Below are positions 25,736-33,534 of a stretch of DNA of 37,934 nucleotides, one piece after another. Made by a program: the position numbers and the translations under genes. Under the pieces are notes generated by a model, which saw only the letters and a list, made by a program, of their open reading frames with translations, made no database searches and had not been told where the DNA came from. Within the stretch, counting starts at the first letter, position 1. The number at the start of each line of letters is the position of its first letter. The DNA is from a virus (Duplodnaviria > Caudoviricetes), in the IMG/VR virus record IMGVR_UViG_3300048599_000888, positions 1 through 37,934 of that record. One strand, 5' to 3'.

Positions 25736-25993
25736 TTAATCCGGGTAGTACGTTCGCACAGTAACCCTCTGGCCGCACACACACGCACACGCCCGCCAAA
25801 CAATTCTCGAGAACTTGAAGTCGCATCCAGGAAGAAAGCCTGACTCTCTTTGCTCCCTAATTGGCTTCCGGCCCTCGATAACTTTCACTTCCGCACTCCC
25901 GCAAGTCGGACACGTGGCCGGCAACGCCATCGTCTCTACCGTCTTGCGATTCTTGCTCCCCGCCGGTCGACCACGTTTCTTCGATTCTGCCAT
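25736..25993 (-). CDS. Zn-finger protein with AT-hook-like N-terminus; candidate late transcription activator
   Basis: MAESKKRGRPAGSKNRK, CPTC...CACVC; GAGG SD before ATG 25993; stop codon abuts the promoter dyad. Confidence 0.6.
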   Translation of the reverse strand: MAESKKRGRPAGSKNRKTVETMALPATCPTCGSAEVKVIEGRKPIREQRESGFLPGCDFKFSRIVWRACACVCGQRVTVRTYYPD

Positions 25994-26009
25994 AGGAAAT
26001 TTACCTCTC

Positions 26010-26366
26010 TCAGTTTTCGGAACTTTCCATCCGGGAGCGAACATAAAGCATCCCGTTCAAATTGAAACACACAGCGGCGAAGTGATCCTCGTCGTCGTCA
26101 CCTCGCATCGCTTGGATGAAATGGCGGACTGCCGATTTGCGAAATCGAATCAGCTCCGCCGGTCCGTTGGCGAGCGTCCAGTTCGCACTTCCGTCTTCAC
26201 GATCTGGATAGATCGCTGCCCCCTTCGTCAGGTGGGCAGCCCATCGCTCGAATAACGGACCTTCAAAGACGCGGTCGTACTCGATCTTGCCTGTGGCTGC
26301 GTTACGAACCATACCGCTCGCGAATTCTTTCTTATCGCCGGTGTCGATCACGCGGAAATCGTTCAT
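26010..26366 (-). CDS. dATP/dGTP diphosphohydrolase-domain (DUF5664-like) protein
   Basis: DTG...FASGMVR...GK, HLTKGAAIY, NW, SAVRH and DEDHFAAVCFN motifs. Confidence 0.75.
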   Translation of the reverse strand: MNDFRVIDTGDKKEFASGMVRNAATGKIEYDRVFEGPLFERWAAHLTKGAAIYPDREDGSANWTLANGPAELIRFRKSAVRHFIQAMRGDDDEDHFAAVCFNLNGMLYVRSRMESSEN

Positions 26367-26719
26367 GCTACCTCCTTCTGTTCCAGCTCGTATCGAGCAT
26401 GGCGTAACTCGTTCAGACTACCCACCACGGGAATCCCCCTCGATTTCGCATGATCGCACTCTTCGTCCGCGCCCGCGCTTTCCCCTGGAAGCCTATACAC
26501 AATGTCAGCTACTTCTACCCAGGGTAGATCGCACGACAGCCAAAGGTTATGCGGCAAGTCATCCTGCCACGCATGTGGCATGAGCATGGACCGCATAGGG
26601 TTCAAAGGAGCGTACCCGGCTCGCATCAGAAACTCTTCAGCTTTGGCAGCCTGATAGAAGTTATCATTGCGGCTGCCCTTCGTGATCGGCCCCGAAATGT
26701 AAACACGCAATCGTCTCAT
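26363..26719 (-). CDS. DUF4406-like / nucleoside 2-deoxyribosyltransferase-fold protein
   Basis: VYISGPIT, GYAPLNP, ADIVYRLPGESAGADEE, GIPV; start moved to ATG 26719 (ATGA overlap). Confidence 0.75.
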   Translation of the reverse strand: MRRLRVYISGPITKGSRNDNFYQAAKAEEFLMRAGYAPLNPMRSMLMPHAWQDDLPHNLWLSCDLPWVEVADIVYRLPGESAGADEECDHAKSRGIPVVGSLNELRHARYELEQKEVA

Positions 26720-28014
26720 GTAGTCTCCAGTGCTGTTTGGGAAATTGTGCGATACCCGAGGCGTCCTGCCGTGTCGCTGAAAAAGTGGCACTCCGCCGCT
26801 GCCAAGGATCGGTAGCCGTTCTCGAAATGCCAACGGTCCGTCCCCGACAGAGACGGTAGCCGGCGAACGATGACGTCTCCGATCGTCTCCGAGGATCTGA
26901 ACCGCCAAACGTCCTCGCTCTCGGAATGCAGATGGCCTAGATGCCACTCCCTCCACGAGGTAGCGGCGAAATCATCAGGCCAATGATGGGCCATTTCATT
27001 TGGCAATAGCTCGAACCGCTTACGGTTCATTTTGTCGCCGTGAACAAAACCGATGAGCGTTTCTCCCCAGCGGTAGCGTTTCTTCGCCGTCGGGGCGTTG
27101 TCCACTCGGACGCGGTCGTTCGATTCGTACAGAGCCGACAGCACGACGCCGAGCGTAAAGGCTCTATCCCTGTCGTGATTCCCCGGCACGATCACCACGT
27201 CCACCGGTGCGATCTCCGCTGCATCATCAATCAATCGGCGGCAGCAGCCGAGGCCGGTCGAAAATGCTTTTTGCCAACGGCCGTCGCAATCTTGCGGAGT
27301 GCCCGCGGTCGTCGTGTTGTTGCCGGTGTCGACATGATAAAAGTCATTGCCGAGAGGGATCAGAATCCGCTGAGCGTCCTGGTCTTTCACGGATTGCAAC
27401 AGAAACCGCCCGGCTAAATCGTAGCGGTCCCGGGCGATTCGCAGATCGTAGTTATCTCCGGTCTCGGGAGCCCACGAGAGCTTGCCGAAGTGGTGATCCA
27501 TGATCGAAGGCTCGGCAAGAACGCCGCCGGTTCGCCACTTCTCGCGAGTTCGATTAGGCTTTACGCAAAGCTCGGCGATCATGTCGCGAATAAACTCTTC
27601 GCGACTCATGCCCTTCTTGCGAGATAGCCAGAGCTTCACTTGCCAGAGTGGAGTTTTCGTAATCGTGCCGTCCGATTGTTTGGCTGCGGACTCCCACGAA
27701 TTCACGACGAAACGATCGACGTTCCAGACGGCCGTATCGACTTCGGCTTTGGCGAGTGCATCGTCAACGGTTCGCACCGGCGTTGATGTAGTCCAGGTGA
27801 TAGCTGCCGCATCTCCCGATTCGTCACGTTGCATTTGGTCGGTCTCGGTCGCGGGGGCCGTCGCCCGGTTCACCAATCCGCTGTTGCTAATCTTGCGTTC
27901 CACGCTGGCGCGTGATCGTTTTAGTTTGCCGGCGATGCTTACCGCCGATTCGCCGCGGCGGTAAGCCGCCGTCAGCTTTTCCACTTCGTCGTCGGTCCAA
28001 GGTCTTTTAATCAA
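26716..28014 (-). CDS. HTH-fused calcineurin-like metallophosphoesterase
   Basis: N-terminal WTDDEVEKL...IAGKLKRSRASVERK (Myb-like HTH); DHHFG, GND, PGNHD, HGD and GHLH motifs; TTG start overlapping the upstream TGA. Confidence 0.85.
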   Translation of the reverse strand: MIKRPWTDDEVEKLTAAYRRGESAVSIAGKLKRSRASVERKISNSGLVNRATAPATETDQMQRDESGDAAAITWTTSTPVRTVDDALAKAEVDTAVWNVDRFVVNSWESAAKQSDGTITKTPLWQVKLWLSRKKGMSREEFIRDMIAELCVKPNRTREKWRTGGVLAEPSIMDHHFGKLSWAPETGDNYDLRIARDRYDLAGRFLLQSVKDQDAQRILIPLGNDFYHVDTGNNTTTAGTPQDCDGRWQKAFSTGLGCCRRLIDDAAEIAPVDVVIVPGNHDRDRAFTLGVVLSALYESNDRVRVDNAPTAKKRYRWGETLIGFVHGDKMNRKRFELLPNEMAHHWPDDFAATSWREWHLGHLHSESEDVWRFRSSETIGDVIVRRLPSLSGTDRWHFENGYRSLAAAECHFFSDTAGRLGYRTISQTALETT

Positions 28015-28304
28015 AGTATCTTTTCCTTTCTGTAGCCGAGTCGCCAAAGGGCTCGGGATATATCCTTCGCCGCTTGGGTGATTACCCCTTCGTCGATTTG
28101 AGGAAAGCATGCGTGAAGGAACTCATGCTCCAGAATCTCCAGTTCATGCTGCCCGCGGAGTCCTGCGAATATCCGAATTTCCTTGTTGGTCTCGGTCGGG
28201 TCATGGACATCCCCCCAAACTTTTAATCGGGGTACGCGGCGGAACCGCCAGCGTTTGCCGAGGAAACTAAAAGTTAAAAGGCGTTTAGTTGTTAGCATTT
28301 GCAT
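28011..28304 (-). CDS. Small HExxH zinc-peptidase-like protein
   Basis: EILEHEFLHA after three short beta strands; 97 aa. Confidence 0.6.
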   Translation of the reverse strand: MQMLTTKRLLTFSFLGKRWRFRRVPRLKVWGDVHDPTETNKEIRIFAGLRGQHELEILEHEFLHACFPQIDEGVITQAAKDISRALWRLGYRKEKIL

Positions 28305-28408
28305 TTTTAGTAGGTAAAGGGATTCATATACGTCGTGTCTTCCGCTGGCCCTGACGAAGCGAGGTACGAATATAGTACCTACGCCCCTGCGGGCACTTCA
28401 CGCCCATC

Positions 28409-28771
28409 CTAGCGGCTTGCGTGTGCGTCGCACGTATCTAACGCCCCATCGCACAAGCTATCGCCTAATAGCCTCTCAGGCGATTCAGCGTGAGGCCATT
28501 GGTTGCAACCGCGACCAATGAGAATCAGGTCCGCCCTCCCCTCGTCGTCTAGGTCTTCAACAGTCGCCCATAGCGACGTAAGTTCATCCACCCTCGCGTT
28601 AGCTCGATTGGTCGCATCTCGCCACAGTTCGCACGATTGCCGCCAATCGTCTCCCCAGGTCAGGAGATCGTCTATCCGATCCGCCTGACCAATCGCGGCC
28701 CAAATGGCGATGGCCGCTACGGCCCACCCCCCAGCCGCCAGTATCAATAAGCCGATCTCAATCCCGCTCAT
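28409..28771 (-). CDS. Hypothetical membrane-anchored coiled-coil protein
   Basis: TM helix IGLLILAAGGWAVAAIAIWAAI then heptad-like helix; GGAG SD upstream of ATG 28771. Confidence 0.55.
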   Translation of the reverse strand: MSGIEIGLLILAAGGWAVAAIAIWAAIGQADRIDDLLTWGDDWRQSCELWRDATNRANARVDELTSLWATVEDLDDEGRADLILIGRGCNQWPHAESPERLLGDSLCDGALDTCDAHASR

Positions 28772-28789
28772 AAAAAATTTCTCCCTCTG

Positions 28790-28920
28790 GTGCAAAAAAA
28801 AATTTCTCAGTGTTTGCGGTTTGCGTTTGCACTACTCCCTATAAATAGGGAGTGCAAACGTTGCAAACCGGTTTGCACTGTTGACAAACGCCTGTTTGCA
28901 AACAACGCAAACTGCAAACT
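28790..28920. repeat. Iteron-like GTTTGC/GCAAAC array with central dyad; putative replication origin
   Basis: GTTTGC at 28812, 28819, 28825, 28871, 28894; GCAAAC at 28854, 28863, 28898, 28907, 28914; dyad ACTCCCTAT-AA-ATAGGGAGT (28834-28853); immediately after the primase stop. Confidence 0.65.
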
Positions 28921-28922
28921 AT

Positions 28923-30785
28923 TCACAATAGGCAAGACTCAACAAAAAATTTTCTGTTTGTTTGGCGACCGTATTTCTGTTTTTCCTCTCGCACAGCCGC
29001 TCCCAGTCTCAATAAGAGCCGCTCGACTTGCTCCGGCCGGCTCATGTTCATGGCCCTGCGGATGCCATTCATGCTGATGCCGGGGCTATCCAAAATCACC
29101 GAAAGCAGCCTCTGGCAATCGACTTCATCCGCATCAACAGAGTTGGCCATTTCTGCCTCTTCGCTCGGGTCCGCATCCCGCAGTTCAACAGACCAGATAC
29201 GCCCCGTAATGCCTGGATCGCCTTCGTCGATGTCCAACTCCCACTCGCCCCCATGGCCGGCGGATCCCCCCGCCACGAGCCACAAAGGCGATTTGCCGTT
29301 CCGTCTGGGCCCTCGGGGGGCAAGCATGATCCATTGGCGAACCCACTCCATGAATCCGCTTTGCGTGAGGTCATTAATCCCCGGCCGCTTGAACTCACTG
29401 CCCTTCCCAGGCTTGCGGGTATGATGCACGAGGCCCATAGTACAACCTGTTGCATCGCCAATCTCACCGAAGCCGGCCAGGATCGGCCCCATACCAAACA
29501 CGTTACTGGCTATGTCAGACTTCCCCCGAGGCGTAACGCATAAGTATGCGGGGTCGATGATGCACAGTCCGATCTTGTGCTGTTCAATCTCGCGACGGAC
29601 TTCGGCCAAATGGGCTTCTAGGCTTAGCTGCGGGAGCTTGAAGCCTAGGTAGAACTTTCCTCGAGATAGCTCTATTTCGGGCTTAGTGCTTTGAATGCGT
29701 TCGAGTGTTCGCTGGATAGTAGAACGGCCAGATTCCCCTGATATGACGAGGACGTTCTGGGGTGAAGGGGTAGAGAATTTCCCTAAGAACGCCCCCCCAT
29801 AGGCTGCCGAGACGCCCAAGTCTAGTAGAACGGAAGTTTTGAAACATTTCGATGGCCCTCCGATAATGAAGTGTTGATGAGCGACTACCATTTGATCGAT
29901 AACAAATCTCTGGTCGATCCGTTCCTGCATGAAATCGACATGATCGACCAGTTCAAGCGAAAACCCTGCCCCGGCTTTCTTGGCTACAACGCCAAACTCA
30001 TTGCCCCGCATGACCTTCGCCTTTGCGGACTTCCACTTATGGTCGATCTCGCGTTGGCTCCAAGGCGGATCGCAGCGGGCCGAATTGAATTCACGGATTA
30101 GCTCTTGGGCTTCATCGCCGTCGATCCCATGGCGGAGAATGACGCAACACGCCTCTAGCATCCGATCATGGCCACGTTGGCCGGAGATCGAGTCGGGCAC
30201 CTCGGCTAGTGCTAGGCGGCAACGCTCGGTTTCAGTTATATCGGGGCTAGTTACTTTTGGCGGGTTCGCTAAACTCCCCCACAACCGGCTAATAGCCGCT
30301 TGGTTTGCCGCGATTGGTTCGTCAGTTACCGCGTCGCCTGTGATAGCGAAATAGCGGGAGTGCTGATAACACTCCACTTGTCCCGTGCCGAATTGAAATT
30401 TTCGACCGGAATTTTCAATCGGCAGTGAGCCTCTTAAAATCGCCTTGACGCCAGTTCCGCTCGGGCTCACTTCCGCATAGGTGTTGAGGTCTAGCAGAAT
30501 CTCATGAGCCCAATCGGCTATCACGCCGGATGTAGGGTCTCGGCAATCATCCAGGTCGATTCCAACGTAGGGATCATCCTCGGCGAACACATAGCCGATG
30601 CCCGCGTACTTGGCGGGATCATAAGCTTTGCGGACTTCGTCAAACGAGGACCAATGCGACGGATTGGTCGAGGATGCCTTGTTGCCAAAGACGCGGTACG
30701 GGATTTTCGTGCCGTTCACGTTTCGCCACAGCACCCATTGCCGGCGGACGCGTAGTTCCTGCGGTATGTTTTCTAGGTTTCTAAT
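28923..30785 (-). CDS. Primase (AEP/prim-pol-like) fused to AAA/RecA-type helicase
   Basis: YVGIDLDDC, YAEVSPSGTG, VECY...RYFAITG; PPWSQREIDHK primase C-terminal domain; Walker A GGPSKCFKT, Walker B CIIDP, LVHHTRK. Start extended to ATT 30785 (see findings); ORF track start is GTG 30734. Confidence 0.88.
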   Translation of the reverse strand: MRNLENIPQELRVRRQWVLWRNVNGTKIPYRVFGNKASSTNPSHWSSFDEVRKAYDPAKYAGIGYVFAEDDPYVGIDLDDCRDPTSGVIADWAHEILLDLNTYAEVSPSGTGVKAILRGSLPIENSGRKFQFGTGQVECYQHSRYFAITGDAVTDEPIAANQAAISRLWGSLANPPKVTSPDITETERCRLALAEVPDSISGQRGHDRMLEACCVILRHGIDGDEAQELIREFNSARCDPPWSQREIDHKWKSAKAKVMRGNEFGVVAKKAGAGFSLELVDHVDFMQERIDQRFVIDQMVVAHQHFIIGGPSKCFKTSVLLDLGVSAAYGGAFLGKFSTPSPQNVLVISGESGRSTIQRTLERIQSTKPEIELSRGKFYLGFKLPQLSLEAHLAEVRREIEQHKIGLCIIDPAYLCVTPRGKSDIASNVFGMGPILAGFGEIGDATGCTMGLVHHTRKPGKGSEFKRPGINDLTQSGFMEWVRQWIMLAPRGPRRNGKSPLWLVAGGSAGHGGEWELDIDEGDPGITGRIWSVELRDADPSEEAEMANSVDADEVDCQRLLSVILDSPGISMNGIRRAMNMSRPEQVERLLLRLGAAVREEKQKYGRQTNRKFFVESCLL

Positions 30786-30794
30786 TGCTATCTC

Positions 30795-32267
30795 CTAAGC
30801 CATCATGGATTCGCGGAATAAGGCTTCCTGCTCGCGGGTGTCGTTCTCCACGCGGCTTGCTTTTCGCAGGACATTTTCCACCATAGGCCGTTCTAGCTCG
30901 GTGATCGGGATATGCACATTGAGCGGCTTGGTAGACCCTATGCGGTTCGATCTCTTGACGCACTGATAGTAGGCCTCGTAGCTGTCTTGCAAACCGCTGA
31001 ATATCTGTCGTGTGGCGACTTGCAAATTCAGTCCGAACCCTAAGATACGAGGCTTGGAAATCAGCATTCGCGAGTCGCCAGATTTGAAACGCCGAATCAT
31101 CTCCATTCGTTTCGGGATCGGCGTTTGGCCGTCCATCGACTCGCCGCCGAGAGCCGCATGGCACAGGCTCTGCTCTTCGTCATAGAGGCACCAAGTTAGC
31201 GTGCTTTCTCGGTCCTGCCATTGGCGGGCAAGGTCCGCCATGAACTCATATTTTTGCGTCGCGAATTTCTTCCCCTTATAGAACCCCTTGGCAATCTGCC
31301 CGTAGGAGGCTCTTTTTGTGATGCCGCCGGTACGGGTAACGACGAGTTCCCCTAGCTCGGTTCGCACCCAGTCTTTTTGCTCGGGGGTCAGAGGGACTTC
31401 ATGGATGTGCGTTTCGATGGGGGGCAGCGAAGCCACATTATCTTGCCAACCGTAGACGCTTGGATCAGTGAGGAAAATACTCCATGCCGAGAGTCCTCGG
31501 TAAAATGGCCGCAAGGCATGAGGCTTGATTTCCCACCGGTCGCCTGTCTCGCCTCGATTCGTGAAATACGTTGCCAGGAACGCATTGATCGTCGGGAATT
31601 GATCCAGAAAGACGGCGTGATTAGCGTACTCGACGCGGTCATTCGGAGCGGGCGTACCGGTGCAGCAGAGCTTCCATTCCAGCCCTTGCCCAAGTCTCAG
31701 GCAAATTTGAGCGTAGTTGCCATAGTGGCTTTTAAGGATGCTCGATTCGTCAAGGATCAACGCTCCGAGATTCCCTTGGCGGGTATCACGTTTGAGAGCT
31801 TCGTAGTTGCTGATGCCAACGCAAGGGCCGTCGCCATCGAGCCACTGTTGCAAACCGGCCGCGGTCACCTTTTCGACCGGCAACTGCGGGCCCCAAAAAT
31901 ACTCCGCCTCGGCGATCAATTGGGGCACCACTAGCGGCGGCGTGAGGATTAAAATCCGTCGATTGGTTCGCCGGCGTACATAGTTTGCGTAGCTCAGCAA
32001 CATGAGCGACTTGCCGAGCCCGCAGTCCGCAAATATGGCGAACCGTTTGCGTTCCGTCGCCATGCGGGTGATATCTGCCTGATAGTCGAACAGAAACGGC
32101 TCGGGGTCATAATTACCGCTTTGCCCCTCGACGCGAATGCCGAGGTGGTGAGCAAACTCATCAGGCACCGTGGCGACGCGGCCGCGGATACCCCAAGCGG
32201 GCAGTTGTTTGATTCGCAGATATTGCTTGTAGTCTGCCGTTGATTTTGGGTCGAGAGTTAATTGCAA
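30795..32267 (-). CDS. SF2 (SNF2-like) helicase associated with the methyltransferase
   Basis: FADCGLGKS, ILDESSILK, CTGTPAPND, GFGLNLQ and YQCVKRSNRIG motifs. Confidence 0.9.
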   Translation of the reverse strand: MQLTLDPKSTADYKQYLRIKQLPAWGIRGRVATVPDEFAHHLGIRVEGQSGNYDPEPFLFDYQADITRMATERKRFAIFADCGLGKSLMLLSYANYVRRRTNRRILILTPPLVVPQLIAEAEYFWGPQLPVEKVTAAGLQQWLDGDGPCVGISNYEALKRDTRQGNLGALILDESSILKSHYGNYAQICLRLGQGLEWKLCCTGTPAPNDRVEYANHAVFLDQFPTINAFLATYFTNRGETGDRWEIKPHALRPFYRGLSAWSIFLTDPSVYGWQDNVASLPPIETHIHEVPLTPEQKDWVRTELGELVVTRTGGITKRASYGQIAKGFYKGKKFATQKYEFMADLARQWQDRESTLTWCLYDEEQSLCHAALGGESMDGQTPIPKRMEMIRRFKSGDSRMLISKPRILGFGLNLQVATRQIFSGLQDSYEAYYQCVKRSNRIGSTKPLNVHIPITELERPMVENVLRKASRVENDTREQEALFRESMMA

Positions 32268-33148
32268 AATTCGACTCCTTCCAGTAGCGAGTTCTGGTCA
32301 CTGTGGGTCTTTTCGGCGATCGCGAGATTACGTTTCGCTGTCGCGAAATACTCACCCTTGATCTCGCAGCCGTAGAAACGACGGCCGAGTTTCAGGGCCT
32401 CAAAGCCCTCTGACCCGATGCCGGTGAACGGCGAGAATATAATTTCGTCGGGGTTCGAGTAGAGGCGAATCAACCTTTGGATCACGGGGAGCTGCAGGGG
32501 GCAGATGTGCTTGGTGTCGTCCTCCCCTTTCCCCTCGGCCGTATTCAGCACGTCGGTCTCGCGGATTGTTTTCCAATCCCAAACCCCTTCCGCCCAGTCG
32601 ATCCACTCCTGTCGCGTCAGCCCATGTTGATCTATGGGGACTCTGTTATCGCCCGGCTTGCGGAGCTTGATGATATAGTCATTGAAGGCCGGGGCCGATT
32701 GGGCGCGGTCCGCTTCCAGAGCAACGAACTGCAGTTTGCGGCTGCGAGTACGAATGGCTTGGCTCTGAGGGTTCTTGGTGATCGGCCAATCCGTCTCGTA
32801 GGAAAACCCAGCCCATTTGGCAACTCGGATGAGCAGCCCGCGGAAGTCAATTGTCCCGGACTCGCCGTTGCGTTTCAGGCCGGGGATCTGTTGACAATGG
32901 ATACAAACCACTCGGCCGGGCTTGATGACTTGGATCAGTTGGTTTGCGAAAAATCGTAAATGCAGCTTGGCGTCGCCACGGAAGTCTTCCGCATTGCCGA
33001 TGTCGTTCGCCTGATCCGTGTAGCTGAACAGGGAAGGAAACGGCGGGGAGAATACCGCAAAGTCGACAGAATTGGGGGGCATCTCCGGCATGTGCAGGAT
33101 GCAGTCGTCTTGCACGATCCGCCAGCGTTCTTGGGGGGAAAGTAGCAT
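32258..33148 (-). CDS. N4/N6 DNA methyltransferase (beta class)
   Basis: Motif IV FSPPF precedes motif I FSPFTGIGS; KHICPLQ; ATG 33148 with AGGAG SD. Confidence 0.9.
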   Translation of the reverse strand: MLLSPQERWRIVQDDCILHMPEMPPNSVDFAVFSPPFPSLFSYTDQANDIGNAEDFRGDAKLHLRFFANQLIQVIKPGRVVCIHCQQIPGLKRNGESGTIDFRGLLIRVAKWAGFSYETDWPITKNPQSQAIRTRSRKLQFVALEADRAQSAPAFNDYIIKLRKPGDNRVPIDQHGLTRQEWIDWAEGVWDWKTIRETDVLNTAEGKGEDDTKHICPLQLPVIQRLIRLYSNPDEIIFSPFTGIGSEGFEALKLGRRFYGCEIKGEYFATAKRNLAIAEKTHSDQNSLLEGVEFCN

Positions 33149-33156
33149 CGAGGCTC

Positions 33157-33534
33157 CTAGTGAATCATGGGGACATTGATAATCGTGCATTGTTGAAATC
33201 CGGGAGTCCGCACCGTTTTTCGGGGGTGGCTGCCAGAGGGGTTGACGTTTCCGTGGAGTACGTTCCAGGCGTGACGGTTTGCTGCCGCGGCGTCTTCGTA
33301 GTTATCAAAGACCGGATTTTCACCCTTGCCGTTGACGAAGAAAAACCAAGCGTTGTAAGCTTGAAATACGACCATCAACCGCAACGGCTCTTCGGCGGTT
33401 TGCGGCGGCGTATAGGGCGGCTCATCAGAGGGTTTGTACTCAGGGAAATCATCCCGCTCAAACGGATAAGCGTTGAACGAGACGAGATCGGGTCGATTCG
33501 TGGTGATCTGGATGAACGGGTCTTGCAGGGGCAT
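33157..33534 (-). CDS. Hypothetical protein
   Basis: TAATG-coupled to the upstream helicase; fills the gap to the MTase SD. Confidence 0.55.
   Translation of the reverse strand: MPLQDPFIQITTNRPDLVSFNAYPFERDDFPEYKPSDEPPYTPPQTAEEPLRLMVVFQAYNAWFFFVNGKGENPVFDNYEDAAAANRHAWNVLHGNVNPSGSHPRKTVRTPGFQQCTIINVPMIH

Noticed and set aside
26010-26366. 2-aminoadenine (Z-genome) pathway
   Set aside because: No PurZ-like synthetase or HD-domain dATPase recognised in the window; this domain alone is insufficient.
28409-28771. Rz-like inner-membrane spanin
   Set aside because: The TM + coiled-coil shape fits, but it is far from the lysis-like cassette and I found no nested or adjacent lipobox gene.
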